A DNA stretch of 64,000 nt from the NCBI GenBank assembly GCA_009103225.1, contig RHPI01000638.1, positions 868,001-932,000 of the forward strand. The letters run 5' to 3'. How positions within the stretch are numbered: the first letter of the stretch is position 1; each line of letters begins with the position of its first letter. The notes beneath the pieces were generated by a model that did not search any database, was not told the DNA's origin, and saw only the letters and a list, made by a program, of their open reading frames with translations. The translations under genes and the position numbers were made by a program. Of this stretch, positions 53,935 to 64,000 are shown piece after piece. The DNA comes from Chlorokybus atmophyticus (taxonomy: Eukaryota > Plantae > Mesostigma and Chlorokybus algae).

Positions 53935-55522
53935 CTTCCCACAAGGCACGGAGCCTGCCTAGGCCCAACCGGACCCACACAGCACCTGCACAAAAGTTGC
54001 AGCAATCGCCGTCCGCAAAACCCTGGACACCGAAACCCTAGTACAAGCCCAGTTGCTGACACCGCTCACGGCACTTACGGCCCCAGCCCCACTCCCCACG
54101 AGAGTATACAATGCTCAAACGCTTGCTGTAGCTACCAACCGGATCCAGACCCCGGCGACAACCACGCGGCGGCCGCCGCCGCCGACACCGCCGCCCCAAA
54201 CTCTCGCCTGTCCACGTCAACGCTCAATGCATGACCCTCAATTGACGTCTGACAAGCAGAACGAGTTCAGTGCATTGATGGAATTGCAGCATCGGAAACG
54301 GGGTGCCGGAATTTGCTGGCTGTTAGCCGTTCCTCGTTAGCCGTTATCCCGCTCCCAACTGTTTGCTCGTTTCGATCCCGGATAATGCCCCTGTAAGAAG
54401 GGGGGCAGGGACCCAGACGAACCCAGAAAAAGCTCCTCTCGCAGGATCAGCACGGCCGAGGACTCCAGGTCGGCGACGGTATCAACTTTGGCTTGGTTGA
54501 AACACTTCTACAAGTGAATAAACCGATCGTTTGTGAATCACAGTTGTGGATGAACTGATGATTTGAATCCCGAGCGCGTGCTGACCGTGTGGCGGTTTGC
54601 TGCGTGGCCGCGCTTGGTTGTAAAATAATTATAAGTCGAGAGCAATAATTTGCAAGCATGGCTTGGCTGTCGCATCGCTGTGTGAGCTGAGCAAGCAAGC
54701 TGTGCAATGCTGCATTACCGCCATTGCGACATTGCGTGCCCAGCCAGTGGCGCCGCGGACGGCGGCGTGGGCGGTGTGGTCGGGGTGGTTGGGGTTTGGG
54801 CGGGGAGAGCGGAGGGTGCTGGTTTTCACGTGGAGGGCACAGGTGCAAGCATAGCTGAAAGACTCTTGCCGCTGCGCTGAAGGAAGAGCGGCGCTGTGCT
54901 GCGGTAGTGTCAGCCTGGCCGCCGCCGCCGCCTGCTGGATGACATTGTGAGCAAGGGTCTTGGAGGAAGCGTGGTACGCTGAGTTGGTGCCGGTGCTCGT
55001 GAAGCGATCCAAACTGCAGCTTGGGCCCCATATCATGCATTGAAGAGGTGCTTGCAAGCAATTCTCTGAGTGCGTTTGAGTTTCCCAACGCTTGCTGCTT
55101 GACTTGTCACCAGACAGGCTTACTCGCGTGAGAAGTACAGCATCCAGCATTGTTAGATGAGTGTTGTCACAAACAGTCCATGATACCACAATGACAGACC
55201 TGGTTTCGTGTTTCTTGCGTGCCTTGGTCGTCCAACCAACATTGTAGATTGCACCACATTCACAGTCATTAAATGTGGTGCAAATAGAAATACATCACGT
55301 GGTTGCCAACAGCAGTTGCATGTGACTCTTTGCCTCTGCGTTCCGCCAGCTAGGCATGGTGCACTTGTTTCCTCATGTGCTGTGTGCAAGTGTTAATTCT
55401 TTGCTGCACAGGTCAGAGCGCCTGTGATGTCTTAAGAGGAGCAGGCTGGTGACACACTGTGCGAAGCAGTTGGACAAGACAGAGCTCGCAGCATCCATCA
55501 AGCGCTGTTGGGTAGTGACAAC

Positions 55523-58500
55523 ATGATAGTGATCTCTGCGTTCGCAACCGTTGAGCCTTCCATCAAAGCGGCATGTGCGTTGATATCCTTGTGTCGAGAG
55601 GCTGCGGCTGCTGCTCGCGCACACCGCAAAGCATGCCACAAGCTGACATCCCGCCTGGACGAGCTGGAACCCCTCTTACGCCATGTAGAAAGACAGGTAA
55701 GCAGCAGACAACCGAATAAGTGCAATGTGTGCGTCTGTTACACACATGTGCTTTCTACGTGGAGTTGGTTGCATTCCTGAATGGTATGCACCGCCATTGA
55801 ACTGCGGGTGCTTGACGTCGGCCTACACAATGTTAAGCTTGTGCGTTGGCGCACAGGCACAAAACATGAAGCTTGGCGATAGCTCTGCTTCGGCAACATT
55901 GCAAGTGGTGCAGCGGTTGACAGAGACCTTGAACGATGCGCGGATGTTGCTCACGCGTTGCAGCACAATGTCACGATTGAAGTTGATTCTTCAGGGAAGG
56001 GGTTTAGGTGAACGGTTCAGCATCCTATCTGCAGAGATTGATCGCTGCCTGAGCTCCTTCTCACTGTAAGTGATTGATTCCTGAACTTGTATCCAGTATT
56101 CAACTGGATTGCATCTCACAATCGAGGGTTGCTCAGAGTCTTCTTAGTTTCTTGCGGTGCAGGATGATGCTTTGTGCATAACAACACGTTGTGGCCTGCT
56201 TTGCAGCTACCAAACAGCCATTGCCACTGAGACCCTCGCACGTGTGAACTCTCTGCGAAGAAATCTTCAATACGATGTTAAGACAATCGCAGCCGACACA
56301 GAAACCATGTCTGACGGCATGCAGGTAGAAGCAGACATGAAAATGTGTGCTCACAGCCTGAGGGTGATACATTTTGATCATTGCTCCTACAGACACTGCG
56401 CATTGTGAAAGTGGATGTTATGTCAGGCAGCCAGATCCAATGCTTGACGTGAAAACTTGCGTACATTTTTTCTGACTGTGGCAATTGGAACTGCAGGCAC
56501 AGCTTAGAACTCTACAAGACAACAGTGGCACGCACGATCGCACTAAGGCGGATGCACAGCGGGTGCTACAGCAGCTTGCCGCAGATACGGGAATGTCCGC
56601 TGACAATGTTGAACAGGAGTGCATGCAAATTCGCCAGGAGCTGCAAGAGTTACGCACGCACAAAAGTCAACAACAAGACCTTTATGATGAACAGGTATCC
56701 AACCTGTCCAGACTGTGCTGGCTTACGGCTGTCTGCTGCATCCTGAGTACGTTTGGATAGCTAAGCAACTCTGTGCTGGCAGGTTGATGAGTTGTTGACG
56801 GCTATGGGACTGCTCCATACCGATAGTGAGGCATCAACATCTGCAACAACCAATGATCACATAGACGAAGAGCCGCCGTACGACATCTTGTGCCCCATCT
56901 GCGTTCACATCATGTCGGACCCTGTGGTGCTTTCCGAAAGCGGTCACACTTACGACCGCATGTGCATACAGCGATGGTTTTTTGAAGGCAGGCCAAGCGT
57001 GTGTCCGTTGTCTTGGCTACCTGTAACGAAGTTGGTGTTGGTGCCAGTTGTACCGTTTCGACAACGATGTCTCAGGTGGGCAGAAAGCCACGGCGTGACC
57101 CTTCCCCAGGCCCCGCACGTGGTCGGGTCAAAGTATCCGCTCCCAACCGTGGAAGAAATGATGCCGACTGGTCTTAGCAAAACGGCTAGTGAAGGAGACA
57201 TCACACAAAGCAAGCAACGTCAGAGAGTTGACGTTGCCACAGGCCAGAATGGTTCCACGGGCACACCTACACATCACGGTGGCTCAGCTGTGACGGCGAG
57301 CCATGGCAGTCCTTTGACAGAAACTCAGCCATCAGGTGTCAGCAGTAAACGCGAGCTACCTCTGGACATCTCTGAAGAGACGCTTGGAAAGCCAGGTTTG
57401 GGGGATTCGTCTCCAAACAGCCTCAAATGGAGTCCTGATGCAAGGACTGTGTCGCACAGTCCGCAAGCCACTGCAGATGGCTCGTTGGTGCAGCAGAGCA
57501 ATGGTGTCGTGTTAAGTCCTCACTTGTTGTCACCCCGGCGTGATCTACCCTCGCAGCAGCATTCCACGAGCAGAACTGGAGGTGTTGTGAAGCGAAGGTC
57601 AGCATCGGCGTCGGGATCCGAGTTCAATGTGCCTCCATCTCTTTTGGGACCCAGACAGGTTGCCGGAGGTTTGCCGCTGTCCAGGGACAGTTCTACTGTG
57701 TCCATCCCCCAGGTTTCAAGCACATTAGCACCCAGCTCGGGTCCTTCAACAGCATCGGTGAGTCACACGGCAGCTGACTCCTCACTGGTTGTTGATAACA
57801 CAAGGCTTTCTGGTACTACTGCTAGTCGATCACTCGATGACTACGGTTCTGCGCAAGCAGTAAAGCCAGTTGTTGAACCAGTTGAAGCCCAGCCTACCCG
57901 CACAGATGCCACAACCTCCCCAGGCTCCTCTCCAGAGAAAACGTCTCAAAGCAGCCCAGCAAGCTCTGCAATGCCTAATGACAGTGATTTGCAGAAGCAA
58001 ATGGGCACGCCTACTCCTGCGTTAAACGCTGAAGCCAGCATGCCCAGTGTTGCTGCAGACGTTCTCTTATGGACTCAGCAGCTACCCAGCTGTGGGATCC
58101 CGCAATCACAGCGCTCGCGCACTGTTGCGGACAAAGCGCCCCTGTCTGCATCTGTTGAGCCGCATATGTCTGCAAACCCGCCAACGAGTAGCTCACCTGC
58201 GGTTTCATCAGACAATGCGCACGCGCCTGACGCGCAACTTGAATCAAGTGAACGTCAACCGCGTATACTGCATGTTGCTGAAAGGGCACGACACAATATG
58301 ATGAGCGAGGCTGCTCCAAAGCCCGGACAGCGAATACTCCATCTGTCACCAGAAGCTCGCACCAGGATAGAATCCTCCGCCACAGATGCAACACCTGTGC
58401 CTATCATATTTGACCGTGAGGGCCTCGTCAAAAAGCCACCAAGTCTCGTGGCATCTGCATCTGCATCTGCACCTGCACCTGCACCTGCACCTGCACCTGC

Positions 58501-59920
58501 ACCAGCACCAGCACCTGCTCCTGCTCCTGCACCTGCACCTGTCGTTGAACCTACACTTGCCCCTACCCCTACCCCTACCCCTGCCCCTGTACGAGTACCA
58601 GCAGTTCCGCCTTTGTCTCCTCCTCCTGTTGACAGGCCATGCACTGCAGTAACAGTTGCTTCTTCTTCTCCTGAGCCGCAATCTGGCAGCGCACGAAGCA
58701 ACAGAAGCAGCTTCAGTTTTGCCGAATTGCCTGATAGCGCCCGATCGCAGTCCAGTAGCATGAGCTTCGGGTTCTTTTCTGAGGTGGACTCGTTCTCTCC
58801 GTCTTTGCAACAGCTGGCCACCGCAGCGTCTGGGCCGAAACCGTTCCTTCAGGAGTTCAAACTTGAGAGCGCCCGCAAGTTCTACGAGTCCGCGGCTACC
58901 ACTCCAAACAAGCACCTTGCGCGTGAGGTTGGCAGCGCGCGTTGGGTCATGGCTGCTGAAGATAGACGTTTGTACTGCGCTGCGTGGGAGAGCCACCTGA
59001 GGCGTTGGCGCTTTGTTGGGTTCCACCAGCACGACGTGTTTAAGGCGCACGAGGAAGGCGTGCGCACAGCCATTGCCATGGAGGGGTTGGTTCTCACTGC
59101 GGGCGGGGCCGTGGTCAAGATGTGGCGCACGGACAACAACCAGCTGGTCGCCTCCTTCACGGAGACAACAACCGTCACGTGCATGGCGCTCATGGACCCG
59201 CATCTGGTTGTGGCTATGGCGGACGGCACGGTCAGCGTGAGAACCCTGGCAAAGTTCCGCACGGACGCTGCGCGCTTCAAGGCGCACGACGGGCGCATCA
59301 ATGCAATCGTGGCAATGAAGTCGTGCATCATCACGGGCGATAACATCGGGCTGATACGTGTCTGGCATGGCTCCCAACATTGGCGCAAAGGGCTGAATTA
59401 CAGGTGAGATTATGCCGATTGAACCAAATGTTCTGCAACAACAATGTGGTTTACATGTACTGCACATCAATTGCAATTGAGCAGTTGTGTCCTTTTAACC
59501 TTGTATGCGGCTATCTTATGTGCTCATGACTAACTGATGCATCACATCAGGCGTGCTATGGAGTGCCGAGCACATCACAGTCCAATCGGTGCGCTCGCCG
59601 TGAGCGAGTCAAGGGGGTGGGTCTTTTCCGGCGCGCTCTCGGGCAACGTCAAGGTGTGGCACCTGGCGGGCCTGCAGCCGTTGCAGGCGCTCGACCTCGG
59701 CACCAACAACCCTGTGCGCAGTATGGTCATCGAGCAGGACACGTTGTTTGTTGCGCAGCAGAACGGCCTCATCAAAGCCTGGTCCCTCGAAGACCTCAAG
59801 TGCGTTGCCATGATTGCTGGACCCATGCTGCTGTTCAACGACGTCGTGTTCGTCTCCTGTGGACGGTCCCTCTACACAGCTGCCGGTACGAGCCTCGTTG
59901 CCTGGCAGCAACTCCACTAG
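55523..59920 (+). CDS. E3 ligase: MLKL/HeLo-like (UND) four-helix bundle, coiled coil, U-box, long Ser/Pro IDR, WD40 repeats (6 exons)
   Basis: N-terminal ...AARAHRKACHKLTSRLDELEPLL...LTETLNDARMLLTRCSTMSRLKLIL...RFSILSAEIDRCL. U-box PPYDILCPIC..IMSDPVV...GHTYDR.CIQRW...CP. WD40 units such as AHEEGVR..VKMWR, AHDGRINAI..LIRVW and AHHSPIGAL..NVKVWH. Confidence 0.9.
58453..58585 (+). repeat. Coding hexamer repeats giving (AS)n, (AP)n and (PT)n
   Basis: gcatct, gcacct and cctacc tandem units. Confidence 0.9.
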
Positions 59921-60040
59921 ACCAACCAACCAAGAGATATTGCTCTCCGTTTGTAGATTGAAGGTGCGTAAAGTGCGCCCAGGTAGAGTAACTGCGTGTG
60001 TTCTAGAGCGGGGGGGGGGGGCCCGCATGGGTAGCACTCN

Positions 60041-60266
60041 TGTGACCAGGTAGACGGAGTCTACGGAGAAGACGGCATCCCAGACCCATCTCTGGTGGCC
60101 TGCCAACATGCAATTATCGGTCAAACGGTCAGATCTCAGTTTTAACCCAACTCACTGTGAAGCAAACATGTTGTTGTGCTCCTTGCCTTCAAGCGTGCGC
60201 TCAAGCGCGAACCCGTCCAAACTCCACAGCTTGACTTTGTGATCCGAGGAAGTGGTGGCCAGGTAC
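60041..60266 (-). pseudogene. LST8: Orphan two-exon fragment of LST8 (TOR complex WD40 subunit)
   Basis: [26 protein letters not shown]|[20 protein letters not shown] is the signature LST8 C-terminal region. It ends at a single N (60040); no earlier or final LST8 exons were seen. Confidence 0.8.
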
Positions 60267-61020
60267 CTGGCCCAAAACAGGGGGAACACATATTTGTCTC
60301 AAAGCTTGCAATGCCCCAAGCTGCCTTTTGTTTGCACGCATACTAGTGCACGTGGGGTTCTCTTATACAACAAGCCGCAAACAACTTGCTTAGGGGGGCT
60401 AGAGCCTGTACAGACACCCATATGTGGTATGGGAACTAACAATAACTTGTTGTAGCTGCAAGCAACGACTTGCAAGCCAGTTTGTCAGGCGTATGATTGC
60501 TGTGACGAGGTCATGTGAATGTTGTGTACAAAAAGGGTTTTGTATGTAGCACCTATCCCGCGGGTGTGTCTATATGCTGCGTTCTTATTGCAGTAAAGTG
60601 GTTTCCTCAGCAGTACCACGAACTCATTGTTTGCAAGTTAGCTGCTTACGAAGCCGCAGTGACTGCAAGCAGCTGTGAAACATTCTGTCACATCTCGCCA
60701 ACGCCTTTAGTTCCTATCTACACACTGTCAAGTTACCACTGATCACCTTGCGGCTACTACTTTCTCTGTATATCGCTACACAGTATGCCTAGCTGCATCG
60801 CCTTGCTGGTGCCCGCCAAAGACATGTCCTATCTACTGCAAGCTTCATTACGCACACGCAGGTCGTAGTTATCACTGTTATCACTTGGATATGCCTCGAG
60901 TGTTGCTGGTGTGAAGGCAGTACTGCAGCCGTTTTCGTACCCACCATACACCTGTACCCGCAGTGCTTGTGAGGTAACAAGGCAGGCCCTCGTCATGCAT
61001 ATGACGCCAAGCACCTGCAC

Positions 61021-62571
61021 TCAAGTGCACGGCACTGTGGACACGCTCGCAGCGGCAGCCCTTGCACGCAGCCACGCAACAGCGGTGATAACGGCACCAA
61101 AGCCCGCCAGGATCGCCGCCCAGCGCGTGGCTGGCAGCCTTCTCCTCTGTCTGTGTTGCAAGGCACCGTTGATATCACCCTTCTCTTCATGGTCTACATG
61201 ACTATCTGGCTTCTTTTCAGGGGTCCCGGCCGGAGACGGCACCGATATCCCTTTGCCCTTAGATGTTGCCACCGCAACAGCGATATGTGGCCTTTTGACG
61301 ACGGTAGGGTATACCGCCTTCTTCTTTCTTCTTCGCACAGTGTGCATGACAAAGGGTCCTTTGAGGCTCTTGGCTGTGCTCACACTGCTGCTTTGATGAC
61401 TCGATGAAGGCGATAAAAGCTGAGATTCACAGTCTGCACTGCTCAACACTTGGCTTGTGTTATCCGCTTCCTCCTGTGCATAACCAGAGCTTGCTGCTTG
61501 GTCCTCCTGAACAGCATCGAGCACAACAGACCCTTTGGTGTCACTGCCTGGGTCGACAGGGATTGGTGAGGTGTCCACAGAAGACCTGAACACATGGTGT
61601 CATCGCTTTTTGGACACGCAACCACTTTTGTACACGTTCAGAATTGGTCTTGTGATTGCAAACCTGCTAGTGATTGCTGCTGTTTCTGCTTGTTGCTGCT
61701 GCTGTTGTTGTCGTTGTTGTTGTTGTTGTCGTTGGTATTGTTGCTGCTGTTGTGCTTCCTGCTGCTGCTGCTGCTGCTGCTGCTGTCGTTGTTGTTCCTC
61801 TACTTCATGTTGTTGTTGTTCCTCTGCTTCTTGGTGCTGTTGTTGCTGCTGTTGTTGCTGTGCTTCCTGCTGCTGCTGCTGCTGTCGTTGTTCCTCTGCT
61901 TCATGTCGTTGCTGTTCCTCTATTTCTTGTTGTTGTTCGTCTACTTCTTGTTGTTCTTCCTCTTCCTCTTCTTGTTGTTGTTGTTGCTCATCACCTTGTC
62001 GGTACCCTCCTCTCACAAGCTTCTCACTCAACTCTTCCACGTCCAACTCAGCGGCCACACGCTCATACGTATCCTCTGGAGTCTTGATATCCGCACCAGG
62101 GGGCGTGGCGGGCTCCAAGCTTCGTTTATCACCCGAAGTGACACACATATCCAACTCAACCTCAACCTCAACCTCAGGGCTGACGTTGGACTTGGACTTG
62201 AGCGATAACACCGCATATTCGCTTTTATCCAACTCTTCTTTAGTTGCAACCCTTTCTTCAGTGTTCTCAAGGCTCGTATCGACTGCGTTGGTGCTGCTTG
62301 AAGTCAACAACAAAGCTGCCTGCAGTGCCTCAACGATATCGACCGCAGGCTCCGATATCTCGCTGGGCGTAGCTTCTGCTGTTATTTGAGAGACGGTTTG
62401 CTTGTTGTTATTGTTGTTGTTGGCGTGTTGGGCTGCAGCGGTCAATGGATGGGAAGTCTTGTTGTGTTTGTGTCGGGATGCGGCATTGCTTTGAGACTGG
62501 TGGAGGTGGCGGCTGTCGGCCTGTTGGTTTGCGAGGCGCAGGGAGTGGAGGAACTCCTCGTCCCAAAACAT
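61021..62571 (-). CDS. Low-complexity poly-Q/E protein with a C-terminal TM segment (tail-anchored candidate)
   Basis: Two long open exons (62571 to about 61668 and 61587-61021) joined in phase 2. About 100 aa Q/E tract, a basic patch RRRKKK, and a C-terminal WAAILAGFGAVITAVAWL. Confidence 0.7.
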
Positions 62572-62609
62572 CCCTGCTGTTAAAGGACAAAGGCTTACAA
62601 AGAAGTTGA

Positions 62610-62890
62610 TACGAGCGTGTGCACGCGCGTGCACTTGTGAGAGGGCGCGCATACGTGCTTGTGTGCCTGTGAGCGTGCGTGTGGGGCATGTGAGCGTGTG
62701 GGCATATGTGCGCGTATGTGCGTGTGCGTGCCTACACGTGTGCGCCTGTGCGTCTGCGTGTTAGCACACGTTGGCGCGTACACACACGCGCACGCGCGCA
62801 AAACACGCAGACGCGCATCTGTCTCACACGCGTGCTTGCGCCTGACACGCACAGACGCTTGTGTATTGGCCACACGCGCTGTGCGGACGT
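62610..62890. repeat. Alternating purine-pyrimidine tract forming an imperfect fold-back
   Basis: A GT-rich half is followed by a CA-rich half; perfect 13-bp arms gcgtctgcgtgtt (62750) and aacacgcagacgc (62802). Confidence 0.7.
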
Positions 62891-63759
62891 ACTCAACACA
62901 ACCTTATTTAACATGTTCGTGCCACAGTGCGAGCAGGGAAACACATTGCAGTTGCAAACTAAGCTTGCACTGCGCGTTTAGCAGCAACAAACTATAATAG
63001 AAACCATTCAAGCTCCCCTCCAACCCAATATCCTCACGCCCCACCGTCACAAAGTTGTCTTGCTCTCAGCTAAGAGCAAGAAGTCTTCTCTCCTGTTTGC
63101 ACAAAGTGAACTCGCATGCTGATGCCATCAAAGTGAGATGCACGCTTGACCGAAACGCTGCTTTGTTTAGCTCAAAGGTGTTGCACGCTCTTAAAATGCA
63201 ATGCTACTTCACTAAACACTAATTAAAGCAGCGTCCTTTGCATCACCAGACAGTCCAAAACTGGGTGAGCATTACCTGAAGGTGAGCTACAACACAACCA
63301 GAGAGAGGACGCAGCCAACACAGCAGCCACCTCCAACCTGTCTCTCCTTATCTGCTTCCTGAACCACCTCAGCACCAGACTACCACGTGTCCCACCGCCG
63401 CCGCTCAGTGCCTGCACACAGCGCCAATGTGTGGGTCAATTGACACACACAACAATTGCTGACTAACCAACTCCAATTTAGACGGCGCCTTGACGCCGCC
63501 GGTCGTTTTTGGTGTATGATGCCCGCGTGGGCGGAAGGTGCCTGGAGTGCAGCGCGCGTCGCAATCTCTGACGGCAACAGTGAAACGCCTTGGCCGTTAT
63601 CTGTGCTCAAACTCCGGACCGCGTGTCAGGGGCGCGCAATCGTGACCGTCGATAGAAGACTGCACGCTGCGCAGCCATTAGATCTGAACCCCAGCGTACT
63701 AAGCAGAGGCCGCGACAAGAGCACGGGGTATAGATTGTGACATTTTGCTCAGCGCAGGT

Positions 63760-63955
63760 ATACCTTTCTCGGCCTTTTGGCTAAGATCAAGTGTAGTATC
63801 TGTTCTTATCAGCTTAATATCTGATACGTGGCCCATCGGGTCACAATGATATTAAACTAATTTGTTTGGGTGGGGGTCTCGTATGGGTGGGCTTGCTCAC
63901 CCGAGGCTCCCGGCGTCGCCTCAGCATTGCACTGAAGCAGAGGAGGGCGCAGCCC
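63760..63955 (+). ncRNA. U2: U2 spliceosomal snRNA
   Basis: ATACCTTTCTCGGCCTTTTGGCTAAGATCAAGTGTAGTATCTGTTCTTATCAG (branch-pairing GUAGUA); stems IIa, IIb and III pair; loop IV AUUGCAC; TATA-like element about 30 nt upstream. Confidence 0.98.
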
Positions 63956-64000
63956 ACCCCTTCCCAGGGGACCACCATTTCACACACACACCACCACCGA

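Noticed and set aside
58255-59476. Long antisense ORFs (188-376 aa) over the U-box/WD40 gene, and similar ones over BSD
   Set aside because: Shadows of GC-rich or repetitive coding sequence.
60000-60025. pBluescript-polylinker-like pieces (GTTCTAGAGCGG, GGGGGGGCCCG) beside the N
   Set aside because: The matches are only 11-12 nt and in inconsistent orientation; not enough to call vector contamination.
61535-62389. Poly-Cys, poly-Leu and poly-Val ORFs on the plus strand
   Set aside because: Antisense shadows of the CAG/CAA poly-Q tract.

Overview
Eukaryotic, intron-rich nuclear DNA (about 52% GC) from a green-plant lineage, most likely a streptophyte alga. This is inferred from an RLK/Pelle-type kinase, a plant-type lytic transglycosylase, a plant-type U2 snRNA and plastid-targeted FTR-variable and GNAT proteins. 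All three stop codons are used, so the code is standard. All gene models are hand-spliced from GT/GC-AG sites and recalled homology; no searches were run. The window has two parts. (1) About 1.9-23.5 kb is a rapidly evolving accessory region. It holds six copies of a three-exon, BTB-only gene (two with open frames, four disrupted), built by tandem and inverted duplication. It surrounds a decayed C-type-lectin receptor-like kinase and contains relics of an RLE-type non-LTR retrotransposon and a probable PHD-bearing Gypsy element. (2) About 23.6-64 kb is a compact housekeeping region, largely in head-to-head pairs: FTR variable subunit, eRF1, PI4K-beta, REX4, lytic transglycosylase, plastid GNAT, ALDH7, SGF29, a BSD protein, an MLKL/HeLo-like-U-box-IDR-WD40 protein, an orphan two-exon LST8 fragment, a poly-Q/E tail-anchored protein and U2 snRNA. 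The strongest leads are the BTB array with its lectin receptor kinase (candidate recognition/immunity cluster), the four-helix-bundle-U-box-WD40 architecture, a NIKS-to-NIKN eRF1, and an apparent excess of GC-AG introns (about 5 of 77 modelled). No CRISPR array, rRNA or tRNA was seen.
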